The notes under the pieces are model-generated. The model did not search any database and was not told the DNA's origin. It saw only the letters and a program-made list of their open reading frames with translations. From Obrimoposthia wandeli (Eukaryota), in NCBI GenBank assembly GCA_977020255.1, contig CDROCS010004457.1:1-64000 (forward strand): DNA of 64,000 nt, written 5' to 3'. The position numbers were made by a program, and so were the translations under genes. Below are positions 53,977 to 62,602 of this stretch, one piece after another (within the stretch, counting starts at the first letter, position 1; each line of letters begins with the position of its first letter).

Positions 53977-54076
53977 AGGGATTATTCGCTGCGCTCACCC
54001 CTTCGGGGCTATCGTCGCAGGCTCCGATGTGCGTCGCTTCGCTCGGCTCGAACCCGCGGGACTCCTCACCCTCCAG
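53977..54076. repeat. GC-rich palindromic element inserted into a tRNA T-arm fragment
   Basis: GGGATT|ATTCGCTGCGCTCACCCCTTCGGGG...CGCTTCGCTCGGC|TCGAACCC splits GGGATTCGAACCC; ends CCCTCCAG, complementary to CTGGAGGG at ~54145. Confidence 0.7.
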
Positions 54077-54136
54077 TATGATGCTATCGAATATAATGAG
54101 GAGGTGGAATTGAAGATGATATTGATAAATATAACG

Positions 54137-54181
54137 TGGTGCGCCTGGAGGGATTCGAACCCCCGACCAATAGGATCGGAA
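54137..54181 (-). repeat. 45-bp perfect copy of the tRNA-Arg 3' half (anticodon loop to CCA); attR-like
   Basis: TGGTGCGCCTGGAGGGATTCGAACCCCCGACCAATAGGATCGGAA, identical to 59144-59188. Confidence 0.95.
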
Positions 54182-54294
54182 ACCAAAGCCAAGTATCACT
54201 ATCTATCTCCACAAAAAAGAGACCTATCTCTCATAGTATGCCGGTGATAATTTCGCGACCCGTAGGAAGTCAGGCCACAGCATTTAAATAGAAT

Positions 54295-54314
54295 CACTGT
54301 GACCAGTATGTGCC
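54295..54314. repeat. Solo arm-type motif
   Basis: CACTGTGACCAGTATGTGCC, 17/20 identical to 50271-50290. Confidence 0.7.
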
Positions 54315-54357
54315 AGACCAGTTTATAAATTTCCTCGTTAATCAAAGTAAAATACAT

Positions 54358-55131
54358 TTATGCTTGGAACGATATTAAGTAAGCAAGTATAAATAAAAAC
54401 CACCCTGTAAACTTGAAGAAAGAAGCTATGGAGCGATACATCTGCTCATTATCACGCCTATCATAGTGATCAAATAAAACCGTTAACATGACTATAACAG
54501 CGGACATCATGGCAGCAAACATTAAGTGAACCGCCCCTCCTTCAAGATGAACTCCCTTGCCCATATACATATCACCTATAAACAAGCCATAACATGCATA
54601 AGATGACAGAAAAATCGCGTATGCTAAATTAATTATCCTATCCTGCAATGCTACAACATTCGGTAAGTATTTAGACTTTTGGTGCTCCTTCCTTTCAAAG
54701 TTATCAGAAATAAACGCAATTACCTTTTGAGCATCTTTCTCGCTTACTTTAATTAACTTTATTTTAAATATAGCCCCATCACTAGTGAATATTTTTAATA
54801 GTCGGTTCGAATATTCATAATTCAAAACTTTGGAAAAGATAACATTAGCTGTAACAGTGCCATTTCTAATTATTGTTATGCTATTACTCTTTATTTTAAG
54901 CTCGTATGATGATTTATAGAGAGCTATTAATACAAAAACAGCCAACAAAAAGAAATTATCATTTAAAGAATTCGTCTGGTTTAGTACTGATAGGAATAGG
55001 TTGAATGACGCCCAACTAAGTAGTGCAATAATCAAATTTTTACAGAAATACGCCTTCGACCTTCTAATATTTTTATCTATCAGGAGCATTGCTTTATCCC
55101 CCGACATTTCGGATATTGAGAACACCCCCAA
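54358..55131 (-). CDS. Hypothetical membrane protein (start possibly 55089)
   Basis: Two pairs of TM segments around a PH-like soluble stretch; HYDRRDNE. Confidence 0.65.
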   Translation of the reverse strand: MGVFSISEMSGDKAMLLIDKNIRRSKAYFCKNLIIALLSWASFNLFLSVLNQTNSLNDNFFLLAVFVLIALYKSSYELKIKSNSITIIRNGTVTANVIFSKVLNYEYSNRLLKIFTSDGAIFKIKLIKVSEKDAQKVIAFISDNFERKEHQKSKYLPNVVALQDRIINLAYAIFLSSYACYGLFIGDMYMGKGVHLEGGAVHLMFAAMMSAVIVMLTVLFDHYDRRDNEQMYRSIASFFKFTGWFLFILAYLISFQA

Positions 55132-55973
55132 AACTGCTGCCCCGCACGCGCACCTCTACGTGCTTTTCTCTTTATCATATTAGAGCTGCACTTTGGGCAT
55201 TTAGGTGTCTCAGGTGAGCTTACAGTGGGTTCTACCGTATATTGAACCGGAGCCTGCTCCACTCCCTTTAACATCCGATGTAAACCTTGCTGATCTATGA
55301 GCTCAATTTGCTTGTTGTCTGCAAAAGCCTTCGCATCATTGGTGAAACTTCCAGAAGTCACAACAAAACCACCTTCGACGCCAGCCCCCGCAATCACGCC
55401 ATATAATTCTCTAAGTACAGTGACACCCACCTTATTTGTTTTCCAATGCTTGCACTGGACAAAGTACTTCAGCCCATCTTTCCTTAAATGAACATCGATA
55501 CCACCATCTGCTCCGGTATCACCCCCATCTATGACTGAATATCCTTGTTTGCGAAAAGCTTGACCAACGAGTAATTCAAACTGTTGCCAGTTCATATCAT
55601 CAGTTGGCTTTGTAGCTTTGACTATGCTACTTTGGAAGGATTTATTTGGACCTGACGTGGCATACCTTTTAGCTAGTTTCTGACCCTGAAAGGCCTTCAC
55701 TGCCTTTACCACAGTACCAATTACAAACAATATGGGAATGATGTACTGGAACACTCTTGCTGCAGCTTTAAATACCGTACCAGCTATATCTAGCATCGGA
55801 GGTCTACCTTGCTGAATTACCAGTTGGAGATCGCTGCTGGCGTACGTATGTAATGCAATGTAACTAATAACGGCTATCAATAAACTTAGCCAGTAAGGCA
55901 GCATTGATGAGAGTTCAATGAGCACGCTAAACCCTGAATCTTTCTTCCTTGACATATAATCCCTTAAACTCAA
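55080..55973 (-). CDS. Mrr-like restriction endonuclease with N-terminal TMs and topoisomerase-type C4 zinc ribbon
   Basis: FELLVGQAF..GADGGID..VQCKHW..VVTSGSFT; CPKCSSNM..FWGCSQYPKC. Confidence 0.88.
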   Translation of the reverse strand: MSLRDYMSRKKDSGFSVLIELSSMLPYWLSLLIAVISYIALHTYASSDLQLVIQQGRPPMLDIAGTVFKAAARVFQYIIPILFVIGTVVKAVKAFQGQKLAKRYATSGPNKSFQSSIVKATKPTDDMNWQQFELLVGQAFRKQGYSVIDGGDTGADGGIDVHLRKDGLKYFVQCKHWKTNKVGVTVLRELYGVIAGAGVEGGFVVTSGSFTNDAKAFADNKQIELIDQQGLHRMLKGVEQAPVQYTVEPTVSSPETPKCPKCSSNMIKRKARRGARAGQQFWGCSQYPKCRGIKQCS

Positions 55974-56382
55974 TTTTATAGTGAAAGCCGAATACTATAA
56001 GTACTCACTAAATAAAACTACTCTAACGGGATTTTTTAAAAACTTATCGCTCCACAGTAATGACTCTTATAAATTGTATTCAGAGCCCGAATTAAATCCT
56101 AATAGATTTGCTGACGATAAAATTTTCTGTCAATGTCTTAGGTATATGAGCGAATCTTTGACCCGGGTGCACCCTTTGGCGACAAGAAAAATCTGCACAT
56201 ATCCTTATATTTATCGAAACTGATAGCTCTAACCAAGGCTATACTAATCTAAGTATAGTCAAACATTTTTTGAGTTAATCTAACTGTTATTATCCCAACG
56301 ATAGTTTCAAGAAACTAAAGTATTAATACTAAAATGATAGTAAAATAATTGCTTCTTTTTAACTCAATTTAAGCCGCCAGCG

Positions 56383-57249
56383 ATGAATGCTAACCGTCAC
56401 GAACATTTATCCTCAGTAGATATAAACACATATGATTTAGAGCGAGATGGCCTAATAGCCTTGCCAATTGAACAGGCCTTGGAATTATCAGATAGACTAC
56501 AAAATCAACCAGATGCTTATTTAGAAAAACACTTAACCCAATCAAAACCCCACACTAGTTATTTCGACAGCGAAAACCATGCGGCATTCGAAGTTAGTAA
56601 TAAAAGAATCCTCTTTTTAGGTCTACATTTCGCATTAAATAAACGAGAATTAATTGCTCCTATTTTTCGCCCCCAGCTTCTCGATTTTGTGACAACTAAG
56701 AGCGACGAACCGAAGTCGCTAATAAACGTAATTTACTCACTGGATCAGCAACTGATAGACTTACATTGGGCTTATTGTTGAGCGTTTGATCAAAACCCTG
56801 AAACCCTTTGTTATAGTGACTTAGGTGATGTGTGGGACAAAGACTGCTTTTATGCAGAAGCTGTCGAGCAATTTATACAGCAGCAGTGGACAGCCCCACA
56901 CAAAGCAAACATCCTGGCAATACCAGAGCAAGAGCAAATTTTACTCAATAAGCTCAAGACTAAGAAAATTGCACAAATACAATATAGAGTTAAAAGAACT
57001 AGAGGATCTGACAGAGCTGCAATATCTACTCATTGTATTAGTAATCACCAATTAAAAACTTTTAACCTAGACGATCTGTATGATGATCTACATGCACTTC
57101 GACTCGCGAACAATGATATTACTCAAGCTGTACGCATAAAAGCACTAATTGTTGGTCGTCCTCTAGAAGTCGAAAAAACCGACTCTGCGATGAGACCTAT
57201 ACGACATCGTTTAGTAAAATTTAGAGACGAATTAAAGCTTATCAAATAA
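56383..57249 (+). pseudogene. Single hypothetical ORF interrupted by in-frame TGA at 56779-56781
   Basis: ORFs 56383-56781 and 56830-57249 are in the same frame and read HWAYC*AFDQNPETLCYSDLGDVWDK with no other stop. Confidence 0.65.
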
Positions 57250-57600
57250 CATTCCAAAGGTAGATATGCAGGCAGCTTATGGTAATCATAAAAGACAGCA
57301 TTCGGACAGCTTAACAGCCTTGAATACTCCGTATATTAAGGCCGAATAGAATAGCTTAACAAGCTAGTTATTAATTACTAAAATTTTTTGATTAAGAAGA
57401 AAATTCCGCCTGTCGCTAGGGCTTTATCGCCTTTCCACATTCAAAACCCAAGATACAAACGCTGATAATGCTACAAATAGACAGACTAGAATAAATATTA
57501 GCCACCGAGTAGGCTCTAGCATATGCTCATATGGTCGACGTTCATTCAACACTAATAGCAGAAAAGGATGCTATACTAAAAAAAATAGATTAGGTTCGGT

Positions 57601-58350
57601 ATGACGAAAATATCTTTAAAAATATTAGTTACTTTTATTTTTACTCTTCACACTATCACCAGTAATGCTGAAGTATTTACTGCTCACTGTCGTGATTACC
57701 CTCCTGAGTTATCTTTTGATGGCAATAAGTGTGTAGGTGCTATTCCTGATTTAATAACGGATATTGTAAATGAGCTGGGGCATGAAATTTTTTGGAGGGA
57801 AGTGCCTTGGATAAGGTCGCTTAAAATGGCAAAAGATGGAGAAGTTGATTTATTAATTCGACACTCAATGACTGAAGAGAGAAAGCTATTTTTAAGCGCT
57901 ATACCTTATGGTCATTACACTCGAAAGCTTTCTTTTTATAAGTCGGCTGCATTTAATTCAAAAATCAGCTCATATGAAGATATAAAAAAACATAACATTG
58001 GTGCAATTAGGGGCAACTTTTATTCCTCCGCATTTTCAATGCTTGATACACATATACTCACGTTAGTTGAAAATACCGAACAATTACTAGTTATGTTAGA
58101 GCGAGGAAGAATTGATCTAGTAGTGACTTCAAGCTCTCATAAGGAGAAGTTATTTTCGGAGCGTTTCGAAAAAGTCACATTTGTTGATTCGTTTTATAAC
58201 CCTTTATATTTAAGTATCCCTAAAAACTCCAAAGCTACAAGATATTATAAAGATATTGCTAAATTATTGCTGGACTACCGAAAAAGTAAAAAGGTAGATC
58301 AGTACTTTCAAAAATATGGTTTAGACGCACCAAAGCAAATTTTTGAATAG
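57601..58350 (+). CDS. Orphan SBP_bac_3-like periplasmic binding protein
   Basis: DYPPEL, VPWIRSLKMAKDGEVD, IGAIRG, MLERGRIDLVV. Confidence 0.82.
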   Translation: MTKISLKILVTFIFTLHTITSNAEVFTAHCRDYPPELSFDGNKCVGAIPDLITDIVNELGHEIFWREVPWIRSLKMAKDGEVDLLIRHSMTEERKLFLSAIPYGHYTRKLSFYKSAAFNSKISSYEDIKKHNIGAIRGNFYSSAFSMLDTHILTLVENTEQLLVMLERGRIDLVVTSSSHKEKLFSERFEKVTFVDSFYNPLYLSIPKNSKATRYYKDIAKLLLDYRKSKKVDQYFQKYGLDAPKQIFE

Positions 58351-58501
58351 GACTATTAGTTTGGCCACATAATAGAAGACCTAAAGACAGTCTGTTTTTA
58401 AATTGAATTAAAGCGCTTATCGGAGTAGTCTTTTGTTTGAATTAAATATATATCAGAGTGAATATTCCTGATGAGATGGCTCCTTCAAAAGAGCAGTTTT
58501 A

Positions 58502-58912
58502 ATGAGTGAATTACATCCATGTGAATTTGCAAGCAATATCTATCAAGGAAAACCTCCAATTAACTCAGTGAAAACAGATGAGTTTATAAAGCAATGTCGA
58601 ACATCATTAGAAGAAACAAAAGGAATTAATGGAGTCGTTTACATTCTAAGATTCGAAAATTTAGCCCCAAGATTATAAAGGCTATAGTAATGCTCTATAT
58701 ATTGGTGAAACAAAATATGATGTATGGAACAGACACAACGTAAAAGTGATGTGAATAATTTTTGGCAGGTATACGAGCATACAATTCGAACTTATGGCTC
58801 AATTTTTATAGATGTATATACAACTTCAAAACATAAAGAAATTGAGAAAAAACTTCTTTCTTAATATTTTAAAATCCATAAAGAGCTGCCTCCAATGAAT
58901 AGAAAGGGTTAA
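58502..58912 (+). pseudogene. Degraded GIY-YIG-like nuclease
   Basis: Across frameshifts and stops: GVVYILR..ALYIGETK..EIEKKLL*YFKIHKELPPMNRKG*. Confidence 0.6.
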
Positions 58913-59019
58913 TGGGAGCATTAAGTATTATTCATAACAAGTGTGCCTAATTACAGTACGTGTAGATCACGAAATGGAAGACAGCAATCGTCGTTATATA
59001 AGGTAATTCAAATCAGCTA

Positions 59020-59143
59020 CTGTGACCACATTGTGCCTTCTGCGGATTGACGGAGTCGCAGAGCACAAAACCGCGCCTGTAGCTCAGGTGGATAGAATAG
59101 TAATCTCCGAAGGAAAACATACAGATAGGACAAAAAACAGAAG
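59020..59143. repeat. tRNA-Arg junction module, copy A (abuts the intact tRNA)
   Basis: CTGTGACCACATTGTGCCTTCTGCGGAT at 59020; 59073-59110 is 33/38 identical to the tRNA 5' half but on the opposite strand. Confidence 0.92.
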
Positions 59144-59220
59144 TGGTGCGCCTGGAGGGATTCGAACCCCCGACCAATAGGATCGGAACCTACTACTCTA
59201 TCCAGCTGAGCTACAGGCGC
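59144..59220 (-). tRNA. tRNA-Arg(CCG)
   Basis: GCGCCTG/CAGGCGC acceptor plus ACCA; D-loop AGCTGGATA; stem GTAGG/CCTAT around TTCCGAT; T-loop TTCGAAT; 77 nt. Confidence 0.96.
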
Positions 59221-59251
59221 ATCTTGCGCAGTGATTTTTTTGCGCTGCGGT

Positions 59252-59280
59252 ATATTACCTAGCAACGTATCTTCTGTCTA
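59252..59280 (-). promoter_or_regulatory. Sigma70-type promoter of the tRNA
   Basis: Minus strand TAGACA-17 bp-TAATAT followed by GC-rich discriminator ACCGCAGCGC. Confidence 0.65.
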
Positions 59281-59690
59281 TGTATTGCAGTCGATGATTT
59301 GAATTTGTTTAAATTTCTTCTATTCTGCTACAACCGTATATCCGATATCGCTGAATTGGTAATAAACGCGTTAATAAACAGTCAGGATCTAAATAGTAAT
59401 AAAAACTATTTGCCTTGTTAAGTAATTTTAGCAAGGTTGCCAATGTGTGTTTTGGACCGCGGTAGATATTATTCAATTTTTTCACTAATCTACGAGCAGT
59501 TTTGCATATTCGTTATGCTAATTTACTAGTATACTTGCCTCATTTAAATAATAACCCCACAGCACACGGGGTAATAACTTTGATGATTGCAGGTTTTAAA
59601 TCTGTTCATCGCTATTAAAGAGATTGCTAGATAGCCTTTTTACCGCTGTGATAGACAATCCGTAATACTATGACTTACGAGGCCACTGAC

Positions 59691-60113
59691 GTGAATATAA
59701 CTTTCAAATTAGTATCAACTGCGAGCGCTATCGCTTTAAGCTTACTTTTATCTTTAAACATCAATGCAGCTACTTCAACAGAGCGAATAGCTGAGCGCAT
59801 TAAACCTATCGGCCAAGTTTGTATGGAAGGTGATGACTCTTGCGGTAGCGCAGCTGCGGCAGTTGTTGCAAGTGGACCTGCTAGAACGGGCGAAGAAGTT
59901 TATACAACCAAGTGCGGTTTATGCCATGCAGCAGGCGTATCGGGTGCCCCTAAATTTGGTACTGCTGACTGGGCGGATCGCGGTGATATCGATACGCTAC
60001 TAGCGACAGCTATTTCAGGTATCAATGCCATGCCTCCAAAGGGTTTGTGCACTGATTGTAGCGATGATGAACTAAAAGGCGCTATCGAGCACATGATAAA
60101 CAGCGCTCCTTAG
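59691..60113 (+). CDS. Cytochrome c5
   Basis: ERIKPIGQVC, CGLCH haem motif, GINAMPPKGLCTDC; GTG start after GAGG (or ATG 59670). Confidence 0.92.
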   Translation: MNITFKLVSTASAIALSLLLSLNINAATSTERIAERIKPIGQVCMEGDDSCGSAAAAVVASGPARTGEEVYTTKCGLCHAAGVSGAPKFGTADWADRGDIDTLLATAISGINAMPPKGLCTDCSDDELKGAIEHMINSAP

Positions 60114-60129
60114 GCCGTTTTCTGCTTAC

Positions 60130-60152
60130 AAAGGCAGCTTAGGCTGCCTTTT
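60130..60152 (+). terminator. Intrinsic terminator
   Basis: AAAGGCAGC-TTAG-GCTGCCTTTT. Confidence 0.8.
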
Positions 60153-60418
60153 GTATTTTTGGGAGCTGTAAAAAGCATTTTCTACAGATCTTACACTCCT
60201 GGCTATTTTGGCGTTGATAATCTGTAAACAGCCCTCTTTATTATTTTTCCCCTCTTCTCTTTACCTTATTCCACCCTATTTTTATCCATTCAAAGTAACC
60301 CGCCCTGCTAGCATTGCAAAGCTTTGCATTTATCCTGTATAAATAATATTCACTACTATACTCACTTTCGCTAGCGAGATATTTTAGTGGATAAAACGAT
60401 TTAAAATAATAAGTATAT

Positions 60419-61375
60419 ATGGGTGCTATTATGTTGAAGAAGCCTGCTATACCTGCGCAAATACTGACTCGCTGGCAGCGTTTAGTCGATATTATGGGCA
60501 AAGTCACCGATACTCCCGCAGCTTTGATTACCCAAGTGCATACGCAAAGTATTGAGATGTTAGTGGCGAGCCAAGCCCATTCAAACCCTTATCACGAGCA
60601 CGAACTAAGCCCAAGGTTTTGTGGATTGTATTGCGATAAAGTAGTTGCTCAACAGCAGCCATTATTGGTCAATAATGCCGCAGACGAACCCCAGTGGCGT
60701 AACAATCCAGACATGATTCACAGCTTATCATTTTACTTAGGTTATCCCCTGCGATGGCCCGATGGAGAGCCTTTTGGCACTTTATGCGTATTAGATAACA
60801 AAGATAATTTACGTGCAAAAAAATACCGCGATTTAATAGAAGAGTTTCAATGTATTGCCAATGAAGATCTAGCATTGATTTGGGCGCAACATAATCAACA
60901 ACACGAGCGCTTGGTTTTAGAGCAAGTATTAGATCAGCAGCGCACAAAAATTGCAGAGCGCGCCAATGATTTAGCCGAAATTAATACCGCTATGCGAGTA
61001 TTGTTAAAACATACTGATCAAGACAGAAATAGCGTGAAATACGAAGTACTTGAAGAGGTTAAACATTTACTAAAACCTTGGCTTAATAAGCTAGAGCGCT
61101 CAGGTTTAAACCGTGAACAAAAACTTTACTTATCCAGAGTTAAAGAGCACTTACTGGTTACACGGGATGCCTCACAAAAATTTTACTGCCAATTAACCGC
61201 CATGGAGCAGCAGGTTGCAAACGCAATCGGCAATGGCTTATCAAGTAAGGCGATTGCGAAGAAGATGTATTTAGAGAAAAGTACCATTGATTTTCACCGC
61301 CGCAATATTCGCCAAAAATTGGGCTTAGTTAGCAGCAAAGTGAACTTAAAGCAGTTTTTATTAAACGCAAAGTAA
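60419..61375 (+). CDS. GAF + LuxR-HTH transcriptional regulator
   Basis: WQRLVD..GLYC..YLGYPLRWPDGEPFGTLCVLD; LTAMEQQVA..GLSSKAIA..TIDFHRRNIRQKLG. Confidence 0.88.
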   Translation: MGAIMLKKPAIPAQILTRWQRLVDIMGKVTDTPAALITQVHTQSIEMLVASQAHSNPYHEHELSPRFCGLYCDKVVAQQQPLLVNNAADEPQWRNNPDMIHSLSFYLGYPLRWPDGEPFGTLCVLDNKDNLRAKKYRDLIEEFQCIANEDLALIWAQHNQQHERLVLEQVLDQQRTKIAERANDLAEINTAMRVLLKHTDQDRNSVKYEVLEEVKHLLKPWLNKLERSGLNREQKLYLSRVKEHLLVTRDASQKFYCQLTAMEQQVANAIGNGLSSKAIAKKMYLEKSTIDFHRRNIRQKLGLVSSKVNLKQFLLNAK

Positions 61376-61572
61376 TACCCTCAAGTTAGACCTAACCGTT
61401 AAAAATAGGGGGCAATCCCCTTATTTATCCCCCAATACTCCCCATTTGCATCGTCACTAATTTATTCAATGATAAAGGCTGCTTTAAAGCGCTTCGTTTT
61501 GGCTAAGTGCGTTGAAGCAATAGTCTCAGGTTGACATTTTCCTCTACAGATTTAAATTATCGGGAGTACCGT

Positions 61573-62487
61573 ATGAATAAAAATAAAATAGCAGGTCAGC
61601 TCAGCGTACTGTTACTTAGCTGTGCAATAAGTAGCAGTGTATTTGCAGAGTCACGTTCTTGGAAGTTTAGCGAAAATAATAACAAGGTAATCGCAGCGCA
61701 GATAAAGGGTGGAGACCCGAGCAAAGCTGGCGATGTCACTATCGATTTCTTTGGTCATATGGCTTTTAGAATCACCTCTCCTGATGGGCTGACCATTATG
61801 GTTGATCCTTGGCGCAACGATCCATCCGGCTATTGGGGTGTTTGGTTCCCCAAGCCTTTTCCTGAAGTGCCAGTTGATTTAGTGCTATCCACACATGCTC
61901 ACTTTGATCACGATGCGGTATATCGCCCACATGCAACGCAAGTTTTAGAGCGCTTATCAGGCGAATACAAGTTGGGTGATGTAAAAGTGACCGGACTAGC
62001 TGACAAACACATGTGTGCTGCAAAAGGTTGGTATAAGTGGACAGATGCTGGGGCTGAGTTTGGGCAAGATTTTTGTGCTAAAGAAAACGCCATGCATATG
62101 GATAACTACATACAAGTGATTGAAACAGGTGGCGTAAAGATTGCCCATTGGGGTGATAATAGACCAGTACCTGCAGCGCATGTCGAGGAAATATTAAAAA
62201 CGGTTGATGTGTTGATTATGAACATTGACGATTCACAGCATATCCTAAGCTATGAAGATGTAGATTCCGCACTGACCAAGTATAAGCCTAAGATGGTTAT
62301 CCCAGGACACTACTACACGAAAGGTGCCAGCAGTGTTTTAACCACTTTAAGTACGGCTGATAAGTGGGTGGATGCACAGAAAAACGTAACTAAACTTAAA
62401 ACCTCTAGAATTGTGGTTAACCCTGCCAAGCTCAAAGATATGAATAAAGATGTTTATTACTTTGGTATGAACCATACTAAAGAATAA
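61573..62487 (+). CDS. Secreted metallo-beta-lactamase-fold hydrolase
   Basis: Signal peptide; IDFFGHMAF, MVDPW, THAHFDHD, AHWGD, IPGHY. Confidence 0.85.
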   Translation: MNKNKIAGQLSVLLLSCAISSSVFAESRSWKFSENNNKVIAAQIKGGDPSKAGDVTIDFFGHMAFRITSPDGLTIMVDPWRNDPSGYWGVWFPKPFPEVPVDLVLSTHAHFDHDAVYRPHATQVLERLSGEYKLGDVKVTGLADKHMCAAKGWYKWTDAGAEFGQDFCAKENAMHMDNYIQVIETGGVKIAHWGDNRPVPAAHVEEILKTVDVLIMNIDDSQHILSYEDVDSALTKYKPKMVIPGHYYTKGASSVLTTLSTADKWVDAQKNVTKLKTSRIVVNPAKLKDMNKDVYYFGMNHTKE

Positions 62488-62500
62488 TAACCACCTTTGA

Positions 62501-62531
62501 AACTTGTATGAGCACTGTGTTCATACAAGTT
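62501..62531. terminator. Inverted repeat between convergent genes
   Basis: AACTTGTATGA-gcactgtgt-TCATACAAGTT. Confidence 0.65.
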
Positions 62532-62602
62532 GCGTTAACTGCCTATGTTTAAACATCATTATGCTTCGCTATTGCTGCGACTTGTTTATTCTTGCAACAT
62601 GT

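Larger units (their letters stand above)
50438..59143. mobile_element. Tandem integrase-less cargo cassettes (genomic islets) at the tRNA-Arg 3' end
   Basis: Direct repeats of the tRNA 3' end at 50404, 52410, 54137 and 59144 delimit segments of about 2.0, 1.7 and 5.0 kb with unrelated cargo. Confidence 0.7.

Noticed and set aside
50325-59110. Extra tRNA genes at the module 5'-half copies (50325, 52336, 59073)
   Set aside because: They lack a same-strand T-arm, acceptor 3' strand and CCA, so they cannot fold as cloverleaves.
50271-59220. CRISPR array or integron attC array
   Set aside because: Repeats are tRNA-derived and kilobases apart; there are no cas genes, no intI and no attC RYYYAAC/GTTRRRY ends.
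50310-59265. Short ORFs 50310-50498, 52253-52438, 53885-54247 and 59017-59265 sharing GRGFESL.AHH
   Set aside because: The shared peptide is just the translated tRNA T-arm/acceptor repeat; these are not a protein family.
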